Below, one piece after another: positions 29,017 through 38,561 of a stretch of 64,000 nucleotides of DNA. The position numbers and the translations under genes are program-made. Location: positions 32,001-96,000 of the forward strand of contig CAWGXH010000003.1 in the NCBI GenBank assembly GCA_963826525.1. The letters are read 5' to 3'. Under the pieces are notes generated by a model. The model was not told the DNA's origin and did no database searches. It saw only the letters and a program-made list of their open reading frames with translations. The stretch's first letter is position 1. Each line of letters begins with the position of its first letter. This DNA comes from an uncultured Methanomicrobiaceae archaeon (GTDB lineage Archaea > Halobacteriota > Methanomicrobia > Methanomicrobiales > Methanoculleaceae).

Positions 29017-30266
29017 GCAGGTAAAGTTTGCGGTCTGTCTAAAATGTGCCCGATCGCGGATACGCCGCCCGATGACGTAGTGCCGTCTCTTCTCGGTGAT
29101 GACCGCCCGTCCCTCGAATCCGAGGGGGAGGTCCTCTAAAACGACGATGTTCATGTACTCCGGGCTCCTGCAGACGACCGATCCGGCGGCCTTCCTCTCG
29201 GTCACCACGATCGGCGTCTCCGTCCCGAGCCGGCGGGAGTGGTAGTCGTCGTAGATGCGGTCGGCCTCGGCGAGGAGCCGGCGTGACCGCTGCTTTCCTG
29301 ACGTAATCGGTGAGATCCTTCTCTCGGGCTGCAGGAGTCCCGGGCCGCCGCGAGTAGCGGGTGATATTCACCTTGGCGAACGCCGCCTCCCGGAGGAGGT
29401 CGAGTGATTGCTGGAAGTCGGCGTCGGTCTCGCCGGGGAACCCGGCGATGAAATCGGATGAGATGATCATATCCGGATACCGCTCCCGGAATCTCCGGAC
29501 GATGGCGAGGACGTCGGCGGCACGGTATCCGCGCTGCATCCGTCCGAGGACGGTATCCGAGCCTGACTGGACGGGCAGGTGGAGAAACCGGAAGATCTTC
29601 TCACCGGCGTAGGCCTCGGCAAGATCGTCGAGGATCGGAAAGACGGTTGCCGGGTTCATCATGCCGAGGCGGAGGCGGTAGCGCCCCGGCACCGTCACGA
29701 TCTCTCTGAGCAGGTCAGGGAGCCGCTCTCCACGGTCGATCCCCCATGCGGAGACGTCCTGGCCGGTGAGCTGGATCTCCTTCGCTCCGTCTGCCACGAG
29801 CCTTCCGACGGCATCGAGGACTGCGTCGATGGGCTCGCTTGCGATGGCTCCGCGTGCGCGGCGCGTGATGCAGTAACTGCAGCTCCCGACGCAGCCCGAG
29901 GCGATCTGGACGACGCCGACCGCTCCTTCTGCCAGAGTGCCGGCACTGCCGTATCGCTCCCGTATGCTATCCGGGTGGATGATCCGGGGCGTGCAGACCG
30001 GGAGAATCGCATCCATCCGGGCGAGCGGCATGCACCCGGTAAGGTAGAGTTCCTTATCGGCGAAGATGCGCATCCGGCGGATCATGTGCCGCTCGGTTGC
30101 GCCGATGACGATGCAGGTGTTGATGACGACGGCCTCGCGCCTCCTCCGCGCCGACACGGGTGCACCCCTGCGCCTCCAGGATCGCGATCAGTTTCTGCGT
30201 ATCCGCGTGGTTGTAGGTGCAGCCGTACGACTCGATATAGACCTTCTTTCCTATCAGACGCTCCAT
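29013..30266 (-). CDS. mtaB: tRNA methylthiotransferase, MiaB/MtaB family radical SAM (frameshifts at ~30140 and ~29294; 3' end uncertain)
   Basis: SYGCTYN.AD, NTC.V, GCVGSCSYC, HLPVQSGSD, GFPGET, C-terminal TRAM domain. Confidence 0.85.
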
Positions 30267-30441
30267 GGTTCATTCCAAAATCTTTGATTATGCCTGTGGT
30301 CAGTCGAAATAGAGTCCCTTATCTGCCGGAAGGGTATCTGCGACACATTCCGCCTCACCCCGCCCGTTCGGGGCGGATAGAACGCGCGGGGAGTTCGTGG
30401 AGCACAATGCTTAACCGCTGATATTACTATCTCTTTATTCG

Positions 30442-31200
30442 ATGATTAACGTGGGGTTGCTCGGATGCGGCAACGTCGGACACATTCTTGCACGACACGC
30501 GGAGAACTTCCGGATCGTTGCTGTCTTTGACATAATCCCCGACCGGGCGCAGGAGCTTGCGGCGCTCAGTCACGCGGAGCCCTATGCAGATTTTGATGAG
30601 TTCCTGCGCCAGGATACCGATATCATCGTCGAAGCGGCGTCGATCGTCGCCGTCAGGCGGTACGGCGAGGCGATCCTCGGGGCAGGAAAAGACCTCGTCG
30701 TCTTGAGCGGAGGCGCCCTTGCGGACGATGAGTTTCGCACCCGGCTTATCGAGGCCGCACGCAGCGCCGGTCGGAAGATTCGCGTGCCGAGCGGTGCCGT
30801 CACGGGCCTCGACAACCTGAAGATCGGGCAGATATCCCCCCTGCAGCATCTTCTTCTCCGGACGACAAAGTCTCCCGGATCGCTTGGGATATCGACTCCC
30901 GAACGAATGGAGATCTTTAAGGGGATGGCACACGAGTGTATAAAGCAATACCCGAAGAATATCAACGTCGCAGTAGCGCTGGGCCTTGCAGCCGGGAGGG
31001 AGGCCGACGTCGAGCTCTTCGTCGATCCCGATGTAGAGCGGAACGTCCATGAGATCTTTGCGGAAGGGGAGTTCGGGGACATCTATATCCGGGTGCGGAA
31101 CGTCCCGAGCCCCGAGAACCCCTCGACAAGTTATATGGCCGCCCTCTCGATCCTGACGCTGCTCAAGAACCTTGACAATCCTCTGGTGGTGGGGACATAG
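30442..31200 (+). CDS. nadX: L-aspartate dehydrogenase
   Basis: GCGNVG, VEAAS, PSGA..GLD, YPKNINVA, PSPENP.TS; operon with nadA and nadC. Confidence 0.93.
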   Translation: MINVGLLGCGNVGHILARHAENFRIVAVFDIIPDRAQELAALSHAEPYADFDEFLRQDTDIIVEAASIVAVRRYGEAILGAGKDLVVLSGGALADDEFRTRLIEAARSAGRKIRVPSGAVTGLDNLKIGQISPLQHLLLRTTKSPGSLGISTPERMEIFKGMAHECIKQYPKNINVAVALGLAAGREADVELFVDPDVERNVHEIFAEGEFGDIYIRVRNVPSPENPSTSYMAALSILTLLKNLDNPLVVGT

Positions 31201-31202
31201 CA

Positions 31203-32099
31203 ATGGAAATGGAGATTTCGGCACTTACATCTGAGAAAAATGCAGTTATTCTGGCACATAACTATCAACCGGCGGCGGTCCGGGCAGTCGCCGACGCGGT
31301 GGGCGACAGCCTCGAGCTCGCGCTCCTCGCGCGTGACACCACGGCCGATCTCATCGTCGTCTGCGGTGTCCTCTTCATGGCCGAGACGGCAAAGATCGTG
31401 AACCCCGACCGGAAGGTGATCATCCCTGCGAGGGATGTGGGCTGCCCGCTTGCAGACTTCCTCACCCCCGGGCTGATCGCGAAGGCACGGGAAGAACACC
31501 CGGATGCCGCCGTCGCCGTCTACATCAACAGCACCGCCGGGTGCAAAGCGCTCGCCGATATCACCTGCACCTCCGCGAATGCCGTCCGGGTTGTCCGGTC
31601 GCTTGCGGAGGAAGAGGTGATCTTCGGCCCCGACGCAAATCTTGCCGCTTACGTGCAGCGGCAGGTTCCGGAGAAAAAGATAATCCCCACCCCTCCCGGC
31701 GGGCACTGCTACGTCCACACCGGATTTTCCCTCGCCGACGTCGAGACGGCCAGAGCCCGGGGCTGCACCATCGTCTGCCACCCCGAATGCCGGCCGGAGA
31801 TCCAGGAGCAGGCCGATATCATCGCCTCGACGGGAGGCATGGTCCGCGGAGGCGCCACGGCGGACCGCTGGTCGGTCTTTACGGAGAGGGATATGGTCTC
31901 GCGCCTCCGCTTCCTGTATCCGGAGAGGACGTTTTATGAGAAGGCGGATGCCGTCTGTGAGGATATGAAGAAGATCACGTTGGCCGGACTGCTCCGCTCC
32001 CTGAAGCGGGAAGAGCACGAGGTGGCGCTTCCTGAAGAGATCATGACTCCGGCCCGTCGTGCGGTTGAGCGGATGCTGGCCGTTCCGGAAGTGAACTAG
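31203..32099 (+). CDS. nadA: Quinolinate synthase
   Basis: ILAHNYQ, GDSL, CGV.FMAETAK, GCPLA, YINS, CYVH, HPEC, C..MK. Confidence 0.95.
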   Translation: MEMEISALTSEKNAVILAHNYQPAAVRAVADAVGDSLELALLARDTTADLIVVCGVLFMAETAKIVNPDRKVIIPARDVGCPLADFLTPGLIAKAREEHPDAAVAVYINSTAGCKALADITCTSANAVRVVRSLAEEEVIFGPDANLAAYVQRQVPEKKIIPTPPGGHCYVHTGFSLADVETARARGCTIVCHPECRPEIQEQADIIASTGGMVRGGATADRWSVFTERDMVSRLRFLYPERTFYEKADAVCEDMKKITLAGLLRSLKREEHEVALPEEIMTPARRAVERMLAVPEVN

Positions 32100-32954
32100 G
32101 TGATCCCGATCGATCGCCTCCTCCGGTTCATCGAGGAGGATGCTCCCTGGGGGGACGTGACGAGCGACGCCGTCATCCCCGACGTCGTCTGCAGGGCGGA
32201 GGTGCATGCAAAGGCATCGGGAACGATCGCCGGCCTTGCTGAGGCACGGGCGCTCTTTGAGCACTACGGCGTGGTCGTGCGGCAGCGAATCGCCGACGGA
32301 CGGGCGGTCTCTTCCGGCCAGACGCTTCTTGAGCTCGAGGGGCCGGCAAAGGCAATCCTGCTTGTGGAGCGGACGGCGCTCAATATCATCGGGCGGATGA
32401 GCGGGATAGCGACGAAGACCCGATCCTCTGTCGAGACGGTGCGGGCGATCTCCCCGCACGTCCGCATCACCGCAACGAGAAAGACCTGCCCCGGGATTCG
32501 GATCCTCGATAAAAAAGCGGTCGAGCTCGGGGGCGGCGATCCCCACCGCTTCACGCTCAGCGATATGATCCTGATAAAAGACAACCACCTCGCCGTCGTC
32601 CCGCTCACCGACGCCGTCCGGAAAGCCCGTGCGGCAAGCCTCTACCGCACCGTCGAGGTGGAGGTCGAATCCCCCGGAGACGCCGTTCTTGCTGCAAAGG
32701 CCGGTGCGGATATCGTGCTGCTCGATAACATGCCGCCGGAGGATGTGCGCGGTGCGATCCTTGCCCTCGAGGAAGCGGGACTTCGGCAGCATCTCACGGT
32801 CGAGGTCTCGGGGGGGGTCACCGGAGCGACTCTGGCGGCGTATGCCCGCACGGGTGCCGATTCCGTCAGTATGGGCGCCCTCACCCACTCGGTCGAGAAC
32901 TTCGACGTGAGTCTTACGATCCTGAAGGGCGTGCAGTCGTTCCGTCTCGAATAG
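32100..32954 (+). CDS. nadC: Nicotinate-nucleotide diphosphorylase (carboxylating)
   Basis: TRKT.PG, HRF.LSD..LIKDNH, EVEVE, LLDNM, SGG, GALTHS. Confidence 0.95.
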   Translation: MIPIDRLLRFIEEDAPWGDVTSDAVIPDVVCRAEVHAKASGTIAGLAEARALFEHYGVVVRQRIADGRAVSSGQTLLELEGPAKAILLVERTALNIIGRMSGIATKTRSSVETVRAISPHVRITATRKTCPGIRILDKKAVELGGGDPHRFTLSDMILIKDNHLAVVPLTDAVRKARAASLYRTVEVEVESPGDAVLAAKAGADIVLLDNMPPEDVRGAILALEEAGLRQHLTVEVSGGVTGATLAAYARTGADSVSMGALTHSVENFDVSLTILKGVQSFRLE

Positions 32955-32959
32955 CGGCG

Positions 32960-34324
32960 TTACCGGACAGCCCCTGCCCGCTCAGGACCTATATACCTGC
33001 TCAATGTCTGCTGCCGCGCTCCGGTCTCCGGCAGCCGGGGCTTCCCCCGGCAGGACCTGGCTCGCTTCCTGCTGCGCGCAGCCTTCTTCTCGCCCTCCGG
33101 GGTGGCAGGCTCATTTTTTAAGAGGAACTCCCGGACCTTTCTTGACTCGAGCCAGCCTTCGTCGAGCTGTCTGACCGTCTCGTTAATCTTCCGCACCTGC
33201 TGGCGGATCCGTTCGGACTGCTCGCCTTCCATCAGATCCGCCCACCCGAGAATCACCTGCAGGGGATGGCGGAGATGGTCGCCGAGGATGGCAAACTGCT
33301 CGATATTCTTCTCGATCTGGTCGTATGCATGCTGCTTGACGACGACCTTATCCGTAACGTCGCGGCAGACCCCTTCATACCCGATCACGACATCGCACCC
33401 GGTGATCGGCGACGCATGGATCTCAACGACGGATCTGCTGCCGTCGGCGCGCACGAGCTCCGCCTGCAGCCATCCGCCTTCCGTCTGTCCCCCGAGTGCC
33501 GTCCAGAACTGCGCGAGTTCCTGGTCGAAGGGTGGAAGGAGGAACTCGCCAAGACCCTTTCCGATCACACCCTCGGCAGCGTATCCGAAGACCTTCTCTA
33601 CAGCGTGCGAGATGAAGGTGATCGTGCCCTTTGCATCGCAGATGAAGATGACATCGGCACTGGTGTGGGCGATATGCCGGAGCCGCTCTTCACTGGTGCA
33701 GGGTCTGCTGCCGGATCGCCGTCGCGGGATCTGTTCGACTCCCCTCCAGCGGCCGTTCTGTTTAATCAGCATAAAGTCGTGACCGGCTGCAGCGTCGACG
33801 ATTCCGGAGACGCTGCACCGGCGAAGGGAATAGGTGCAGAGGGCGATCATCCTGCGGCTATCGATGATCCCGTGGAGAGCGGCTCCGGCGCGGCCGAATG
33901 CTTCGGAGTTCTCCGTCTCAAACGAGGGCATATTCCCGAGCAGGAATATCCCCGTATATCCCTGTTCCAGTGCATGCTCCTCTGCGGCGATCCACCTGTT
34001 CACGATCGTCTCGGGATCGGGGCTGCCGTTCGCAGAAAAGACCTCGTCGCAGCTCATGAAGGTGATCCGGCCGGACGAGACGTACTCATCGAACCCGGGG
34101 AGAACTCTGCGAAGAGCCCTTCGTGCATCGCCGGTGCTGAAGGGTGGCGACATCACACAGATGCAAGCGGCGTCCCTCTCGACGGCCGCCCTGATGAACG
34201 GGACGGCGAGCTCGGCAAGTTCTTGCCGGTTCTGGTACAGCATGCCGATCTGCGTTCCCCAGGGAACGGTTACGAAGGCATCGTTCTCCGGGATACTGTT
34301 TCTGTCTTTCGTCATAATTCCCAT
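32960..34324 (-). CDS. MEDS-PAS sensory protein with a truncated HisKA-like tail
   Basis: MEDS (A..GY.G....G.M; ALCTY..H), PAS/PAC (FGY...G..RADGS..G..RDVT), IEQFAILGDHLRHPLQVI; no HATPase domain. Confidence 0.8.
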   Translation of the reverse strand: MGIMTKDRNSIPENDAFVTVPWGTQIGMLYQNRQELAELAVPFIRAAVERDAACICVMSPPFSTGDARRALRRVLPGFDEYVSSGRITFMSCDEVFSANGSPDPETIVNRWIAAEEHALEQGYTGIFLLGNMPSFETENSEAFGRAGAALHGIIDSRRMIALCTYSLRRCSVSGIVDAAAGHDFMLIKQNGRWRGVEQIPRRRSGSRPCTSEERLRHIAHTSADVIFICDAKGTITFISHAVEKVFGYAAEGVIGKGLGEFLLPPFDQELAQFWTALGGQTEGGWLQAELVRADGSRSVVEIHASPITGCDVVIGYEGVCRDVTDKVVVKQHAYDQIEKNIEQFAILGDHLRHPLQVILGWADLMEGEQSERIRQQVRKINETVRQLDEGWLESRKVREFLLKNEPATPEGEKKAARSRKRARSCRGKPRLPETGARQQTLSRYIGPERAGAVR

Positions 34325-34705
34325 CCTGCTGTGCCCTTCTCTAGTTTCTCTCTTCTCCGGATTCGGGAGGGCCGCATGGCCGGTCACATTGTTTTTTTTC
34401 CCGAACAGAGAGGCTCATGGGTGTTTGGGGAATACCAACTGTATTATACCTCACGTTTTATTTAATAAAAAGATTTCCCATGTCCGTATATAAATCCCTG
34501 CGTGGCCAATCCGGTGAAAAGACTCCCTATGGGCTTGCAATCGTGCTCTGCCGCAGGGTGCCAGGAGTCGGTAAGATACCTGCCTTCACCGGTTCCCGGG
34601 ATATCCGGGAAAAGTGGTGCATTCCTGTTCTGCTGAAAAGAGGTGGGTACGATTCCGAATAGTTCAGGGGAGCGTGGACGACTCCATCCGATCACCGGTC
34701 CGGCA

Positions 34706-35135
34706 TCAGGGGGTGACGGGGATGTCTTCCATCTCGAGTTCGTCCAGGAACGGCATGAGCCCTTTGACGTACGGTGCGGTGCCTGCCTGCCCTTCCTGCA
34801 CAAGCTCCCCGTAGGCAAGGATCTCGATGACCAGCGGTATGTCGCTTAAGCGCTGGGCAAACTGAGGGTCGGATTCGTTTGCAAACTGCAGGAAGGCATC
34901 CAGTTTGATGAACGGGCGCTCGAAATCCGGGACATCGCAGGTACTCGTCAATATCGCTCTCAAGTGTGGATTCGCGCGCCAGTTCCTCTTCAAAGTAGAG
35001 GAAGATGTCGATCTGCTGCTCCTCTCGGATCGTATCGAGATCCCTGATGTCGATCTTCGCTCCGGGAGCGATCCCCCTCTTCTCAAGTTCCGGAGGGAAT
35101 GATGCGCTCTCCTGTGTACCGGTTGGGTCAGCCAT
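34706..35135 (-). CDS. Acidic hypothetical protein (frameshift at ~34940)
   Basis: ORFs 35135.. and ..34706 join with one base removed (EY-CDVPDFERPF...PYVKGLMPFLDEL). Confidence 0.65.
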
Positions 35136-35266
35136 ACTAGATCACAATAGCAGACGTACTACAAAAATGATCTGTCTTGTTCCGGCCGCGGAGAGTATCA
35201 TATCGGGGGATGGGTGCAAACGCTTATAGTTCGGCCGCCACAGAAGAGGGGAGAGAGGGTTAGCAG

Positions 35267-35809
35267 ATGGATGAAACCGGTCACCCGGATCCGATCAGGG
35301 AAGCCGATGAGAATGGCCAGGCATCGGTAATCCGAATGTATCTCTCAATGCTCGAGTCGCATAACCTCACCGACCGGTGGCGGGCTGCGGAGGCTCTCGG
35401 GGAGCTTGGGGATGCCCGTGCCGTTCAGCCGCTCATCCGGGCGCTTCAAGACGAGTACGCCGAAGTCCGCTGGAAAGCCGCCCGGTCACTCGGGGTTATC
35501 GATGGCCGGGTTGCCGTGGAACCGTTGATCCGCACGCTGGGGGATGAGGATCCGTGGGTTCGGACGGGGGCGGCGCAGGCGCTTGGGAGGATCGGCGATC
35601 CGCGTGCGGTCGAACCGCTCATCACCCTGCTCCGGGACAGTAAGCCGAGAGTGCGGATAGCCGCTGCGTGGGCGCTTGGAAAGATCGGGAACTCCCGTGC
35701 CCGTGAACCGCTCCTCCGGCTTGAGAACGATCCCGATGCCGGGGTACGCGTTGCCGTCGTCCGGGCGCTTGGAGAGATCCCGACCGAACGGGAGATCCCC
35801 GTAGCGTGA
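35267..35809 (+). CDS. HEAT/PBS-lyase repeat protein
   Basis: Five ~31-aa repeats VR..AA.ALG.IGD.RAV.PLI..L.D. Confidence 0.9.
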   Translation: MDETGHPDPIREADENGQASVIRMYLSMLESHNLTDRWRAAEALGELGDARAVQPLIRALQDEYAEVRWKAARSLGVIDGRVAVEPLIRTLGDEDPWVRTGAAQALGRIGDPRAVEPLITLLRDSKPRVRIAAAWALGKIGNSRAREPLLRLENDPDAGVRVAVVRALGEIPTEREIPVA

Positions 35810-35939
35810 GTACATCCGGCCAGAGGCTTTTGAGATTTAAGCCTTTTTCCATGCTCTTTTTTTCTGAAAAGACCTCGCACGATCGGAATCGGTTATCGTG
35901 CCATTTATATCGGATTAGGTGACAATCACAGAAGTAAGT

Positions 35940-36374
35940 ATGGATCTCTTCATGAAATGCGCCATTGAAGAGGCGGAATGCGGCCGCAGCGAGGGAGGCA
36001 TCCCTATCGGTTCGGTTCTCGTCAAAGAGGGCAAAATAATTGGAAAAGGGCGCAACAGAAGGGTGCAGCAGAATGATCCGGTTCTTCACGCCGAGATCGA
36101 CTGCATCAGGAATGCCGGCAGAATCGGGAGTTACCGGGGCACGACGATCTACTCGACCCTGATGCCGTGCTACCTCTGCGCCGGTGCGGTTGTCCAGTTC
36201 GGCATCGAAAAAGTCGTTGCCGGGGAGTCGGAGAACTTCGAGGGTGCCCGTGAGTTCCTGGAACTGCACGGCGTCGAGGTTATCGACCTCGACCTTGCGG
36301 TCTGCAAAGAGATGATGCGGGAGTTCATCACCGAGCACCCGGAGATCTGGTACGAGGATATCGGCGAAGAGTAA
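35940..36374 (+). CDS. Zinc-dependent nucleoside/cytosine deaminase (Fcy1-like)
   Basis: EGGIPIGSVL, HAE, PCYLC, PEIW.EDIGE. Confidence 0.9.
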   Translation: MDLFMKCAIEEAECGRSEGGIPIGSVLVKEGKIIGKGRNRRVQQNDPVLHAEIDCIRNAGRIGSYRGTTIYSTLMPCYLCAGAVVQFGIEKVVAGESENFEGAREFLELHGVEVIDLDLAVCKEMMREFITEHPEIWYEDIGEE

Positions 36375-36389
36375 CCGCCTGATCCGGGT

Positions 36390-37223
36390 ATGGAACCGAT
36401 CCTTCTTGAGCCGACTGCCGCTCTCGTGATGCGGTGGGCTCTGCCGCTCTACCGGGCCGGCATCGCCGGCCGTTTCGTCGCGTCGCTCGATCTTGCGGGC
36501 GGGCGGGAACTCCACGAGCGTTGCAGCGCTGTCTGCGACTGGTACGGTGAGGTGATCCTGAACCGGAAACACTGTATCGGCTCGCTGATCCGCCTGCAGA
36601 TCGCGGGAACGGAGGATGATGTCCGCGTCGTCATCCTCGCGGCAGGCAGATCCCCGCTCGGGCTCGAACTTGCAGCCGACGGCAGTCTCAGTATCTCCTC
36701 GATCGTCGAGGTCGATATTGTCGGGATGGAGGAGAAAGCGGCGCTCTATGCAGAGATCGACCCGATTTCCTGCCGGCGGATCCGGTGCCTGACCGCCGAT
36801 ATCACCGCACGAGATCTTCGCGAGGTGCTCGGGCCGGAGGTCTCCGGTGCTCCGTCGATCGTCCTGCTCGAAGGCATCAGCTACTACCTCTCGGAGCGGG
36901 AACTCGCGAGGATTCTCCTGGCATTCCGGTCTGAAGATCGAAGCAACAGGTTTGTCCTTGAGTATCTGCTGCCGTGCGATGCCGTCAGGCCGGAGCGCCG
37001 GGCGATTCCGCGGGAGATCTTCCGGATTATCGGAGAGAGTGCCGGTCTTGCCGCTATCCGGGCATATGCCCCGGACGAAGTCGACCGGATTGTCGCAGCC
37101 TCCGGCGGTGCGGTCGACGTCCACTACCGCATGAACCGTATGGAGCGGCGACGCACCGGTGAGACCCGCTACTTCCCCGGCGAGGCGGACGGGTGGATCT
37201 CCTGCTGCAGAGGACGGATCTGA
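36390..37223 (+). CDS. Class I SAM-dependent methyltransferase, leucine carboxyl methyltransferase-like
   Basis: VVILAAG..P, EVD....EK, ADIT, LLEGISYYL. Confidence 0.75.
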   Translation: MEPILLEPTAALVMRWALPLYRAGIAGRFVASLDLAGGRELHERCSAVCDWYGEVILNRKHCIGSLIRLQIAGTEDDVRVVILAAGRSPLGLELAADGSLSISSIVEVDIVGMEEKAALYAEIDPISCRRIRCLTADITARDLREVLGPEVSGAPSIVLLEGISYYLSERELARILLAFRSEDRSNRFVLEYLLPCDAVRPERRAIPREIFRIIGESAGLAAIRAYAPDEVDRIVAASGGAVDVHYRMNRMERRRTGETRYFPGEADGWISCCRGRI

Positions 37224-37284
37224 TGCCCTTATCCCTGCCGGAAGACCACGGATAAAGTACGAACTATCCTAGGGGATACTGCTC

Positions 37285-38106
37285 TTGACCTCTCCCACGC
37301 TCTTTCGCTCCGGCCTTCTCGCGATCGCTCTGACGCTTACGGTCTTTTCGATGGGTTACCTGCTCGGGAGCCTGCCGCCTGGAACCGCTTCCGAGGACGG
37401 GCGCGACGTCCTCTACCAGGTCTCGACGATAGACGCTCTCCTGCTCGGGGTGTATGACGGAACGGCGTCGATCGACGACCTTGCCGGGCATGGCGACTTC
37501 GGGCTTGGCTGCTTCGATGCTCTCGACGGCGAGATGCTCGCCCTCGACGGCGTCTACTATCAACTGCCCGTCGACGGCCGCGTCCGCGTGGCTCTGCCGA
37601 ATGCGACGGTTCCGTTCGCCGCCGTGACCTTCTTCGATCCCGAGATAACCCTCCCTCTGGAGAATGTGGAGAACCTGACCTGTCTTGAGGCAGAGATCGA
37701 TGCGTTCCTCCCCTCGAAGAACTACTTCTCCGCAGTCCGGATCGACGGCACCTTCGCCTTCGTGAAAGTGAGAAGCGTTCCCCGGCAGGAGAAGCCCTAC
37801 CCGCCTCTCACCGAGGTGATCGCGGGGGAGCCGGCTATCTTCACGCTCGAGAACGTCACCGGCACTGCCGTCGGATTCCGCTCGCCTGCGTTTGTGGCAG
37901 GGGTGAACGTTCCGGGCTACCACCTCCACTTCATCACCGACGACCGTGCGGCCGGCGGCCACATCCTCGATCTCGTCCTCGAAGAAGGAACGGCCGCGGT
38001 CGATAATACCCCGGCGTTCTTCATGCAGCTTCCTCCCGGCGAGGATTTTGCCGGGGCGGATCTGACCCTCGATCAGCAGGAAGCACTTAAAAAAGTAGAG
38101 CGATAG
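37285..38106 (+). CDS. budA: Alpha-acetolactate decarboxylase with an N-terminal signal or anchor
   Basis: YQVSTIDALL.GVYDG, HGDFGLG.F..LDGEM, RSVP.Q, GYHLHF..GGH. Confidence 0.9.
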   Translation: MTSPTLFRSGLLAIALTLTVFSMGYLLGSLPPGTASEDGRDVLYQVSTIDALLLGVYDGTASIDDLAGHGDFGLGCFDALDGEMLALDGVYYQLPVDGRVRVALPNATVPFAAVTFFDPEITLPLENVENLTCLEAEIDAFLPSKNYFSAVRIDGTFAFVKVRSVPRQEKPYPPLTEVIAGEPAIFTLENVTGTAVGFRSPAFVAGVNVPGYHLHFITDDRAAGGHILDLVLEEGTAAVDNTPAFFMQLPPGEDFAGADLTLDQQEALKKVER

Positions 38107-38108
38107 GA

Positions 38109-38558
38109 TCAGCGGACGATGAGGATAGGGGGTGTGACCTCCCCGGCAATCTCTTCGAAGAGCGTGCTGATCCTGCTCTTTCCGCTCCGGCCGTACGCAC
38201 CCATGACGACCAGCGAGTACTCTCCGGCGTTTGCCTCCCGGATCACCTCGTCGCGGGTAATGCCCTCGACGATCTTCGACGAGCAGGTGAGGTGCTCTTT
38301 GTTATAGTGATACAGGATCGCCGCGAGTTCATCCTGAATATTCTTCTTCATGTCTCGCCAGATCTGGACTTCGTAATCCTTCACCCGGTCGCAGATGCCG
38401 CTCTGCGCACAGAAGTTGAAGGCCATTGCTCTGGCCTCCCTGATATCGAGGACCGAGAAGAAGACCACTTCCGCTCCTTTCTTCTTGGCAATGGAGATTG
38501 CGTGCAACGCTGCTTTCTGGCTCCATTTGGAGCCGTCGAGGAGAACGAGATACTTCAT
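38109..38558 (-). CDS. Universal stress protein
   Basis: LVLLDGS..S..A, LVVMGA.G.S, PILIVR. Confidence 0.85.
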   Translation of the reverse strand: MKYLVLLDGSKWSQKAALHAISIAKKKGAEVVFFSVLDIREARAMAFNFCAQSGICDRVKDYEVQIWRDMKKNIQDELAAILYHYNKEHLTCSSKIVEGITRDEVIREANAGEYSLVVMGAYGRSGKSRISTLFEEIAGEVTPPILIVR

Positions 38559-38561
38559 ATT

